Assembly: GCA_001458075.1 (NCBI GenBank)
Contig: LN899469.1
Coordinates: forward strand, 942,659-966,658
Length of the DNA stretch: 24,000 nucleotides
Reading direction: 5' to 3'
Source: Idiomarinaceae bacterium HL-53
GTDB taxonomy: Bacteria > Pseudomonadota > Gammaproteobacteria > Enterobacterales > Alteromonadaceae
A program made the translations under genes and the position numbers. Under the pieces are notes generated by a model. That model was given only the letters and a program-made list of their open reading frames with translations. It did no database searches and was not told the DNA's origin. Numbering within the stretch: the first letter of the stretch is position 1; every line of letters starts with the position of its first letter. This document shows positions 16,327 to 24,000 of this stretch, piece after piece.

Positions 16327-16352
16327 AAAGGCTTTCCAGTTGGAAAGCCTTT
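16327..16352. terminator. Bidirectional intrinsic terminator between convergent trhA and typA
   Basis: AAAGGCTTTCCA-GT-TGGAAAGCCTTT is a perfect 12-nt inverted repeat. It is flanked by an A-run upstream (AATAAAAAA) and a T-rich tail downstream (ATTGTTTT), so it gives a U-tract on both strands. Confidence 0.75.
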
Positions 16353-16375
16353 ATTGTTTTAGAGCTCTGTAGAAC

Positions 16376-18220
16376 TTAGCCGCCGGTGGTGCGTGATGCA
16401 CGCTTACGGTCGTTTTCAGTCAAAAGCTTCTTACGTAAACGAATCGATTTCGGTGTTACTTCTACCAGTTCGTCGTTGTCGATGAACTCGAGTGCCGATT
16501 CCAAAGTTACCTTGATAGGCGGTGACAATGTCGTCGCTTCGTCGGTACCTGACGCACGTACGTTGGTGAGCTGTTTGCCTTTCAAGCCGTTCACGGTTAA
16601 GTCGTTTGAACGGTTATGAATACCGATGATCTGACCTTCGTAAACTTCATCACCATGAGACGCGAACAAACGACCGCGATCTTGTAGGTTATAAAGTGCG
16701 TACGACAAACACTTACCTTGTGCGTTCGAGATCAATACACCGTTCATACGCTGGCCAATGCGGCCGCCTTTATGTGGGCCGTAATGATCGAATGCGTGGT
16801 AAATCAAACCAGTGCCTGAAGTAAGTGACATGAATTCTGTTTGGAAACCAATCAAGCCACGGCTTGGCACGATAAAGTCGATACGGGTACGACCTTTACC
16901 GTCTTGCTGCATGTTCGTCATTTCAGCTTTACGCAAACCAAGCGCTTCCATCACAGAACCCTGGTGCTGCTCTTCGATATCAACCGTAAGTGTTTCAAAC
17001 GGCTCTTGTTTTACGCCGTCTACTTCTTTAACGATTACTTCTGGGCGAGACACGGCAAGTTCAAAGCCTTCACGACGCATGTTCTCGATAAGTACACCTA
17101 AGTGAAGCTCACCTCGACCTGAAACACGGAATTTATCTGGGTTTTCGGTTTCTTCTACGCGAAGCGCTACGTTGTGTACTAATTCTTGTTGTAAACGATC
17201 AAGAATTTGACGTGAAGTCACGTATTTACCTTCTTTACCTGAGAAAGGCGAAGTATTGACTTGGAAAGTCATGGTCACGGTAGGCTCGTCGACCGTTAAC
17301 GGAGGCATGGCTTCAACATGACCGGCTGCACAAACGGTGTCGGAGATTTTAAGTTCTCCTAAACCAGTAATTGCACAGATATCACCGGCGCCTGCTTGGT
17401 CTACTTCTAGGCGATCGAGGCCCAAGTATCCGAATACCTGTCCCACTTTACCGTTTCTGGTTTTACCGTCAGCACCAATAATGGTGACTTGTTGGTTTGG
17501 CTTCACAGAGCCACGGCGAATACGGCCAATACCAATTACACCAACGTAGCTAGAGTAATCAAGCTGCGAGATTTGTAATTGTAAAGGGCCTGTTTCGTTT
17601 GCTTCTGGCGGCGCTACTTCCTTTACGATGGTTTCGAACAATGGCGTCATGTCGCCGTCTCGCGCATCGGCATCGAGTGAGGCATAACCGTTCAACGCAG
17701 ACGCGTAAACAATCGTGAAGTCTAACTGTTCGTCGGTTGCACCTAAGTTGTCGAATAAATCAAATACTTGGTCAATAACCCAATCTGGACGTGCGCCTGG
17801 ACGGTCGATTTTGTTTACTACAACGATAGGCTTCAAACCGTGCGAGAATGCTTTTTGCGTCACGAAACGCGTTTGTGGCATGGGGCCGTCTACAGCGTCT
17901 ACGAGCAATAATACCGAGTCTGCCATTGACAGAACACGCTCTACTTCACCGCCAAAGTCGGCGTGGCCAGGAGTGTCGAGAATGTTGATATGGTAACCGT
18001 TCCAGTTAATGGCGGTGTTTTTAGCTAAAATGGTAATGCCTCGTTCTTTTTCGAGGTCATTAGAATCCATAATACGCTCTTGTACTTCACCACGGCTCTC
18101 TAACGTACCTGATTGCTGAAGTAGTTTATCAACCAACGTAGTTTTACCGTGGTCAACGTGCGCGATGATGGCGATGTTACGTAAGTGTTTGACGTCCTTA
18201 GACGTTAACGTGTCGGTCAT
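16376..18220 (-). CDS. typA: Translational GTPase TypA/BipA, 614 aa; start trimmed to ATG 18220
   Basis: It is near-colinear with E. coli BipA: [57 protein letters not shown], through to the C-terminal LTENDRKRA. The 19-aa N-terminal extension in the ORF track has no counterpart in BipA. Confidence 0.95.
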   Translation of the reverse strand: MTDTLTSKDVKHLRNIAIIAHVDHGKTTLVDKLLQQSGTLESRGEVQERIMDSNDLEKERGITILAKNTAINWNGYHINILDTPGHADFGGEVERVLSMADSVLLLVDAVDGPMPQTRFVTQKAFSHGLKPIVVVNKIDRPGARPDWVIDQVFDLFDNLGATDEQLDFTIVYASALNGYASLDADARDGDMTPLFETIVKEVAPPEANETGPLQLQISQLDYSSYVGVIGIGRIRRGSVKPNQQVTIIGADGKTRNGKVGQVFGYLGLDRLEVDQAGAGDICAITGLGELKISDTVCAAGHVEAMPPLTVDEPTVTMTFQVNTSPFSGKEGKYVTSRQILDRLQQELVHNVALRVEETENPDKFRVSGRGELHLGVLIENMRREGFELAVSRPEVIVKEVDGVKQEPFETLTVDIEEQHQGSVMEALGLRKAEMTNMQQDGKGRTRIDFIVPSRGLIGFQTEFMSLTSGTGLIYHAFDHYGPHKGGRIGQRMNGVLISNAQGKCLSYALYNLQDRGRLFASHGDEVYEGQIIGIHNRSNDLTVNGLKGKQLTNVRASGTDEATTLSPPIKVTLESALEFIDNDELVEVTPKSIRLRKKLLTENDRKRASRTTGG

Positions 18221-18308
18221 GCTTATTTCCAGTTTGGGTGCTGCACCGAACACCGAAAAAAATTCCTCGATGCTCACAAAGGGTGCTGCGGGTAAAAAAT
18301 AGGTGCGG

Positions 18309-18314
18309 ATTATA
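18309..18314 (-). promoter_or_regulatory. Candidate -10 element (TATAAT on the minus strand) for typA
   Basis: The minus strand reads CCTTGTATAATCC, a perfect TATAAT about 90 nt upstream of the typA ATG. No convincing -35 was seen. Prediction by eye only. Confidence 0.3.
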
Positions 18315-18443
18315 CAAGGCTACTTGCATAAAAAACAGGCGAAACAAGCCTGCTTTGCATATTTATTTTTATAAGATGCTGCTAGGCTTTAAGAAATATG
18401 CCACGAGCTAATATGAATTTATTTCATTGATGGGAATTAAATA

Positions 18444-19487
18444 ATGAAGGAAAGTCTGGAACGGCGTTCATTTCTGTTGTTGCTTTTAATAGTAACCATC
18501 TTGTTTTTATTAGTTTTAATCCCTTTTTGGGGGGCTATTTTTTGGTCCGTGGCAATTACTGTTATTTTCCAACCGCTACACCATAAATTAGAGGAAAAAC
18601 TGGGTCATAGACCAAACACAAATGCAGGGCTCACTTTGCTGGCGGCGATCGTGATCGTGGTGATCCCTATCCTGTTGGTCTCTGCTTCTTTTGTAAATGA
18701 GGGCATAAAACTTTATGAAGCAATCAATCGCGGTGACATAGACCCGAGAGAGTTCATCACACGAATACGTGAAGCTTTTCCTGCAATTCAAACTGTTATA
18801 GAGCAGTTTGACATCGACATGGATCGAATACGTGAAAGATTTTCAGAGTTTGCGGTGAATGCCAGTGAATTTATCGCACGCCGTTCACTGAGCTTCGGTA
18901 CGGGCACGTTCAATTTTGTGGTTAATCTTGCGATTATGCTCTATCTCACTTTCTTTCTATTCCGTGACGGCCATAAGCTTACTGAGCTCTTAGTTGATGC
19001 GTTACCACTGGGCGATGATCGTGAGCGTATGCTGTTCAGCAAGTTTGCTGAAGTTACGCGAGCAACAGTTAAAGGAAACATTATAGTCGCTATCGTGCAA
19101 GGCGCGCTCGGCGGCATAATTTTTTGGCTTTTAGGAATCCAAGCGCCCATTATTTGGGCAGTTGTAATGTCTTTTCTTTCACTTATCCCTGCCGTAGGTG
19201 CGGCGATTATCTGGTTCCCTTTCGCAATCTACTTGATTGCGAGCGGTCATTGGGTGCAGGGTACCGTGTTAATCGCATATGGTGCGATTATCATTGGTCT
19301 GGCCGACAATATTTTGCGGCCAATTTTGGTGGGTCGAGACACGAAATTACCTGATTATGTGGTTTTACTCTCAACTTTAGGCGGCATTACCCTTATGGGT
19401 ATTAATGGCTTTGTGATAGGCCCATTAATCGCCGCACTCTTTTTAGTCTGTTGGCAAATTTTTGCGAAAGATTTTAATCATTATTGA
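18444..19487 (+). CDS. AI-2E family transporter (PerM/YdiK/TqsA-like, UPF0118), 347 aa
   Basis: It is a polytopic membrane protein with the typical layout and motifs (FFLFRDG, TVKGNIIVAIVQGALGGIIFWLLGI, IPAVGAAIIWFP, LIGLADNILRPILVG). Confidence 0.85.
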   Translation: MKESLERRSFLLLLLIVTILFLLVLIPFWGAIFWSVAITVIFQPLHHKLEEKLGHRPNTNAGLTLLAAIVIVVIPILLVSASFVNEGIKLYEAINRGDIDPREFITRIREAFPAIQTVIEQFDIDMDRIRERFSEFAVNASEFIARRSLSFGTGTFNFVVNLAIMLYLTFFLFRDGHKLTELLVDALPLGDDRERMLFSKFAEVTRATVKGNIIVAIVQGALGGIIFWLLGIQAPIIWAVVMSFLSLIPAVGAAIIWFPFAIYLIASGHWVQGTVLIAYGAIIIGLADNILRPILVGRDTKLPDYVVLLSTLGGITLMGINGFVIGPLIAALFLVCWQIFAKDFNHY

Positions 19488-20529
19488 GGTGATTTTTTTC
19501 CTCATCAGCTGAGGCAGGACTATTCTGTTTGAGCCGCTTGTCCCAACGTTGTTGCGCATAGCGGCGCAAGCTCGGAACGGTGTCAGTTTCATCCATAATG
19601 GGCTGGCCAAGGATGGTTTCTATAATGTCTTCAAGCGTTACTAATCCAAGCCATGAGCCATGTTCGTCGTACACCAGAGCCATATGTTGTTTTTGCTCAA
19701 GCAGGCGCGTCATGACTTGTTCTACATCTATCGTTTCGATAACAATTTCTGCCGAGCGAGCCAAATCTTTGGTTGCGCAGTCAGATTGCGCCTCTAAAGC
19801 TTCATTACGCAATATAATTCCATGAGGCACTTCATCATTGTCAATAACTGGAAAACGTGAGTAGGGCATCGCTTTAACACGTTGCAAGAAATCACTTACC
19901 AATTCATCTGGAGAGGTTGCTTGGCAAACCGTTCTTGGTGTCATTACGTCTTTCACTCGGATAGTGTGTAAATCAAGAATATTGCTTATGACACGTCTTT
20001 CGTCAGGGTCGATCAGTTTTTGTTCTTGTCCCATGGTGGCGAGCGCCTTTATCTCAGATCTCACGTCCAAATGCTCTTCACCACCTATCCGTCGTGTAAT
20101 TTGATCTGACATCCAAATAAAAGGCTTTAAAGACAAAATCATGAAATTGAGCATACCCGGCAAGACTGGAGAAAGCTGCCGCCAGAATTTAGCACCGATC
20201 GTTTTCGGTAAAATTTCCGAGAATACGAGAATTAGAACGGTCATTACCGCCGAGGCAATGGCGAGATACCCGTCACCAAATACAACACCTACCTGCGCAC
20301 CTACGCCTGCAGCGCCTGCTGTATGTGCAACGGTATTTAGCGTAAGAATGGCGGCAAGTGGGCGGTCAATATTCGATTTCAGCGCAGAGAGTTTTTTGTG
20401 AAGTTTGGGTCGTTCCTCGCGCAGTTGGGCTATGTAACTGGGTGTAATTGAGAGCAAGGCCGCTTCCAAAATAGAGCATAGAAACGAAATAGCTATCGCG
20501 ACAAACGCAAATATAAAGAGCAGAATCAT
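19474..20529 (-). CDS. CNNM (DUF21) transmembrane domain plus CBS-pair protein ('hemolysin family'/CorB-like), 351 aa, lacking a CorC_HlyC C-terminal domain
   Basis: The N-terminal DUF21 helices are FLCSILEAALLSI and EILPKTIGA. They are followed by a CBS pair (VKDVMTPRT... and HMALVYDEHGSWLGLVTLEDIIE). The protein ends shortly after the CBS pair. Confidence 0.85.
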   Translation of the reverse strand: MILLFIFAFVAIAISFLCSILEAALLSITPSYIAQLREERPKLHKKLSALKSNIDRPLAAILTLNTVAHTAGAAGVGAQVGVVFGDGYLAIASAVMTVLILVFSEILPKTIGAKFWRQLSPVLPGMLNFMILSLKPFIWMSDQITRRIGGEEHLDVRSEIKALATMGQEQKLIDPDERRVISNILDLHTIRVKDVMTPRTVCQATSPDELVSDFLQRVKAMPYSRFPVIDNDEVPHGIILRNEALEAQSDCATKDLARSAEIVIETIDVEQVMTRLLEQKQHMALVYDEHGSWLGLVTLEDIIETILGQPIMDETDTVPSLRRYAQQRWDKRLKQNSPASADEEKNHLNND

Positions 20530-20571
20530 GTGAACCCTATCATTAAAAATCGGACGTCAATTTTCTACGAG

Positions 20572-22290
20572 TTATTCTATGTTGTCTAGTTTTTCAAATA
20601 GCTTCTTTGTTTCCGGTGCCTTATTTGGAATTCGCAAGATAAAGCGTGTTCCCTTTCCTTCTGTGCTGTAAACCTCAATACTGCCGCCTAGAACAGTGTC
20701 TACGATATTATAAGTGATGTGCATACCTAAGCCGCTACCTCCCTTTCCAAGCTTCGTGGTGAAGAATGGCTCAAATACTCTCCGTTTAACTGCCTCAGGC
20801 ATTCCTTTACCAAAGTCTTCCACCACAATTTCAACTTGCCCACAGCGCTCTGTATGCGCAGAAATCTTAATTTCGCCGCCAATAACGCCTTCGTATCCAT
20901 GCACCACCGCGTTCTGAATTAGATTGGTAAGTACTTGCCCCAGTTGACCAGGATAACTCTCACATTGAATTACCTGAGGCACTACTATGGTCGTTTTGAC
21001 CTGACTTTTTCGTAACTCAGGCCCGAGTGTCGTAATCACTTGTTCTATTGTTTTTTCAAGATCAAACTCACGTTTCCGAGCACTCGTTTGGTCGATAGAT
21101 ACCTGCTTGAAGCTAGAAATTAACTCGCTTGCACGGAAGGTGTTGTGCTGCAGAAGCTGCGCAGCTTCTGCAAGCCGATCCAGTTCTTTAAGGACAACCT
21201 GAGGCTCGAGCTCCCCAGCTTTCTTTTTTAACTTGTTGAAATTCTCAACAATAATCGACGCCGACATCATGGCATTACTAATAGGGGTTGAAAGTTCATG
21301 TGCGACGCCAGCTACTAAGCTGCCCAGCGCCGCCATGCGTTCCTGCTTCACCAGTTGAGATTGCGCTTGTTGTAAACCGCGGAATGTATTTTTCAATTGC
21401 CTAGTGCGCTGAGCTACAAGTGTTTCCAAACGAATATTCTGAAATAGAATCGAGCCGTAGGTTAGGGTGATTAAAAATGTCAGAGATAAACCCACAATGA
21501 TAATACCGATCTCGGCATTCTCTTCTTGCCACAAAGGGCTGTAATCGGCGTCGAATTTCCACACCAGCTCGAGGGGCTGATTGCCGAACTCTCCATAAAT
21601 GCGGTGCGTGGCTTCTTCTTCACTTTCAAGGGGCGCAAGTGCCGCATAGTTAATGAGCGGGTTATATGGTTGATAGATTTCGAGTGTTTTACCAGCCCCA
21701 ATAAAATCTTCCGCAACTCGAGCCAGAATATCGTCAAAATAGCTTACAACCATAAGCACGCCGCGTTGGCCGTCATTAGCAACGGCAACGCTCATGACAA
21801 TATAACTACGTGAATCTTTACGAAACAAAGGCGCTATCACTAAGTTCGAGGGTTCCGCGAGTGCAGTTTGATAAGCAATTTCTAACTCCTGTGGCAACGA
21901 GACGGCAGTACCATTGTGCAACCAAGGAATATTGCCAACAACCTGATCGAGGCGTTGGCTTTGTTCACTAATCCACGCCACTGAGAGTTCGCTCTCTCGT
22001 TTTGTTAATGCTACTAAGTTGGAACGGGCGTCGCGGAGTTCTTCAAGTGTGACTTCCTCAGAGCCTTGAAAGAGTGCTGCAAGGCTAATGAGAGGTTCGC
22101 GCTCCCGTTCCATACGATAAATAAGTTCAGTAGACATGCGCTCAGCTTCAGCAATTGCGCTAAGTTGCCAAAGTCTAAATTCATTGCGCTCAGATAGAAA
22201 TACAGACAGTGCAGTAAGCCCAATTCCTATCACTAGAATGAGTGCTAAAGTGAAGGTGTGTTGTCGGTGTCTTTTCAGGTATTTAACCAA
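20572..22290 (-). CDS. Membrane sensor histidine kinase with a ~220-aa extracytoplasmic domain, 572 aa; TTG start uncertain; no adjacent response regulator
   Basis: There are two TM segments (residues ~13-33 and ~260-282). The H-box is VAGVAHELSTPISNA, the N-box NLIQNAVVHG, G1 VEDFGKGMP, the F-box FEPFFTTK and G2 GGSGLGMHI. Confidence 0.85.
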   Translation of the reverse strand: MVKYLKRHRQHTFTLALILVIGIGLTALSVFLSERNEFRLWQLSAIAEAERMSTELIYRMEREREPLISLAALFQGSEEVTLEELRDARSNLVALTKRESELSVAWISEQSQRLDQVVGNIPWLHNGTAVSLPQELEIAYQTALAEPSNLVIAPLFRKDSRSYIVMSVAVANDGQRGVLMVVSYFDDILARVAEDFIGAGKTLEIYQPYNPLINYAALAPLESEEEATHRIYGEFGNQPLELVWKFDADYSPLWQEENAEIGIIIVGLSLTFLITLTYGSILFQNIRLETLVAQRTRQLKNTFRGLQQAQSQLVKQERMAALGSLVAGVAHELSTPISNAMMSASIIVENFNKLKKKAGELEPQVVLKELDRLAEAAQLLQHNTFRASELISSFKQVSIDQTSARKREFDLEKTIEQVITTLGPELRKSQVKTTIVVPQVIQCESYPGQLGQVLTNLIQNAVVHGYEGVIGGEIKISAHTERCGQVEIVVEDFGKGMPEAVKRRVFEPFFTTKLGKGGSGLGMHITYNIVDTVLGGSIEVYSTEGKGTRFILRIPNKAPETKKLFEKLDNIE

Positions 22291-22386
22291 AGGCGACTTC
22301 TTCTCAAGAATTCATTACCCTGAGTATAGTAAATCGCCTTTGGAATGCTCTTTCTTTTACATTTTCTAACAACTTAATTTACACGG

Positions 22387-23868
22387 CTACTCATAGAATG
22401 CGCGCAAGTCCCGCACCAACTGGTCTAGAGACGGATGATGGATATACATCATATGGCCCGATTCATAATATTTCATGGTGACTCGGCTCGGATCGATACC
22501 GTTATTGTTAAAACTATGTTCAGTTGCAAAAAACGGCGTCGCCGCATCGAAGTATCCATTTGCAATGAATATATCGAAGTCGTTATTTCTTTGTTGAGCC
22601 GTCGCAAAGTGTGGAGCAAGATTGTGATAGCCCTGCTGCTGGCCACGCGGCATACTCCAATCCCAGCCTGCGAACACAGCACCACTCAAGATCTGGTATT
22701 CCTCTGAGCGATTTACGCCTAAATGATTACGAAGGTGATAATTAATTGCAGCAGTGTATGGCCCATCGATTCCATAAGCTGACGGATCTGCCACTGGGCG
22801 TTCCCCTACATTTTCACTTTCAATGCCTATGAACCGACCATCTAGGCGCCCAACCACTTCGCCGCGGGTGCGCAGTAATTCACGGAAGAATCGATGCGGC
22901 TGTACGCGCAAGTTACTATTGTGAATGTAGTCTTTGCTCAGTCCAGTGAAGTAATGCAAGCGATCGATAACACGCGCTTCTTGCGCCTCACTCAAGCGAG
23001 AGCCTTGAAAAAGTGCAACATGCAAGTCTGAGCCTGCAAATGCGCGCGCATCCGCTAAAAACGCCTCTAAGTTTTCCGGCTTTTCGGGAAGTGAGTCGTG
23101 ATACCAAGCAATAGCGGCATAGGTAGGTAAGTAGAATACATAGGGTAAGTCGTTACCTGGACTCGTGCGCGTGGTGCTGAAATCTACAATTGAGGAGATA
23201 AGCTGCACACCATTTAACGGCATGGTACCCCAACCTTGTTGTAGTTCGGCAAGGAGCGCGCCTACACGAGCCGTGCCATAGCTTTCACCTGCCAAATACT
23301 TGGGCGCATTCCATTTGTTGTGTTCGGCTACAAATAAGCGAATAAACTCAGCAAGCACAGCTGCGTCTTTCTGCACACCCCAAAAATCCGAGTTCTTTCC
23401 TTCGCCGACCGCACGTGAAAAGCCAGTTCCTACAGGGTCAATAAAGACCAAATCCGTCGTATCTAATAAGCTGTCAGGGTTATCTACAAGGTCGTAAGGT
23501 GCAGCCCCTGGATTCTCTGCATCACTTGGAAGCACGATTTTCTTGGGGCCGTATAAACCGAGGTGCAGCCACACTGAGGAAGAGCCAGGGCCACCATTAA
23601 ATACAAACGTAATTGGACGCCGTGTACTATTATCAACGTCGGTACGAAAATAGGCGGTTGAAAAAATAGCAGCAACAGGTGCGCCGTCATCATTTTTAAT
23701 TAACGTGTCGCCGGCAACGGCTCGATAGCGAATGTTACTGCCATTGATACGCGCACGGTGCTCCGTAATACTCGGTTCATCCACTTGCACGTGATCGTTC
23801 GCAAGCAAAGAGCCTGCAGGTAAGAATACGAGTGCCAAAGCAAGCACACTTGAGAGTACGAATTTCAT
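22387..23868 (-). CDS. Secreted peptidase family S10 (serine carboxypeptidase-like), 493 aa
   Basis: A signal peptide MKFVLSSVLALALVFLPAGSLLA is present. FVFNGGPGSSSVW and the catalytic-serine motif YLAGESYGT are S10 signatures. A GGAG RBS lies upstream. Confidence 0.85.
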   Translation of the reverse strand: MKFVLSSVLALALVFLPAGSLLANDHVQVDEPSITEHRARINGSNIRYRAVAGDTLIKNDDGAPVAAIFSTAYFRTDVDNSTRRPITFVFNGGPGSSSVWLHLGLYGPKKIVLPSDAENPGAAPYDLVDNPDSLLDTTDLVFIDPVGTGFSRAVGEGKNSDFWGVQKDAAVLAEFIRLFVAEHNKWNAPKYLAGESYGTARVGALLAELQQGWGTMPLNGVQLISSIVDFSTTRTSPGNDLPYVFYLPTYAAIAWYHDSLPEKPENLEAFLADARAFAGSDLHVALFQGSRLSEAQEARVIDRLHYFTGLSKDYIHNSNLRVQPHRFFRELLRTRGEVVGRLDGRFIGIESENVGERPVADPSAYGIDGPYTAAINYHLRNHLGVNRSEEYQILSGAVFAGWDWSMPRGQQQGYHNLAPHFATAQQRNNDFDIFIANGYFDAATPFFATEHSFNNNGIDPSRVTMKYYESGHMMYIHHPSLDQLVRDLRAFYE

Positions 23869-24000
23869 TCTTCAACTCCTCAACATAAAAAGGTCATAAA
23901 TCACCTTTAACCTATCACTAATCAGGGGTTCTACACTCGATAAATCTGGTCAGTCGCAGAAAAAATACGACTGGATTCGAGTTGAACTATACTTTCCGCA

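Noticed and set aside
18221-18277. 19-aa N-terminal extension of TypA
   Set aside because: It has no counterpart in E. coli BipA. ATG 18220 yields the normal spacing before the G1 motif AHVDHGKT.
18336-18352. CAGGC-GAAACAA-GCCTG hairpin followed by a T6 run on the minus strand in the typA/AI-2E divergent region (possible small RNA terminator or typA leader attenuator)
   Set aside because: The stem is only 5 bp, and it lies upstream of the best typA -10 candidate rather than in the leader. No gene is oriented to use it. I noted it but it is not strong enough to call.
9719-20529. Three genes that carry legacy 'hemolysin' labels (GNAT 'hemolysin-like' 9719-10597, hemolysin III 15670-16308, CNNM 'hemolysin family' 19474-20529) as a toxin cluster
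   Set aside because: These are historical misnomers for an N-acyltransferase, a PAQR membrane protein and a CNNM/CBS ion-transport-type protein. The genes are dispersed and unrelated.
1-24000. Search for CRISPR arrays, tRNA/rRNA genes, IS elements, integrases, phage or defence-system genes
   Set aside because: I saw no direct-repeat/spacer periodicity. The non-coding gaps are at most ~225 nt and I recognised no RNA gene in them. No ORF has transposase, recombinase, nuclease-ATPase or toxin-antitoxin hallmarks. Whole-window repeat detection was not computed and would need a dot-plot or k-mer scan.

Overview
This is a chromosomal segment from a gammaproteobacterium, by gene content probably a marine Alteromonadales-like organism (organism not determined). 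It is densely packed, mostly with housekeeping and envelope genes. I saw no rRNA, tRNA, CRISPR array, transposase, integrase or phage genes.

Gene order, left to right:
- hutU (3' end) and hutH
- convergent yiiD/fabY-like GNAT-thioesterase
- SAM methyltransferase
- thioredoxin-like/CcdA pair (minus strand)
- stand-alone HD-GYP phosphodiesterase with a C-terminal Cys4 ribbon
- AraC regulator, divergent from a tight five-gene plus-strand cluster: hypothetical, NrtS-like small membrane protein, DinB-like protein, NRDE/TANGO2-like domain fused to an aminolipid-type O-acyltransferase, and an OlsB/GlsB-like N-acyltransferase
- yihY-dtd
- DUF2061 and SDR genes, then a small membrane protein
- a decayed RND efflux locus, where an adaptor N-terminus is fused in frame to the C-terminal ~440 aa of the pump and carries an in-frame TAG
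- small hypothetical gene and trhA (hemolysin III/PAQR)
- typA/bipA, AI-2E transporter, CNNM/CBS protein
- orphan sensor histidine kinase and a secreted S10 serine carboxypeptidase

The most unusual element is the AraC-linked aminolipid-type cluster containing the NRDE-acyltransferase fusion. Secondary oddities:
- a natural Ala-Cys-Gly triad in place of the Ala-Ser-Gly MIO triad in HutH
- the RND deletion-fusion pseudogene
- the zinc-ribbon-tailed HD-GYP protein

All functional calls come from motif and family recognition by eye on the supplied translations. No database search was run.
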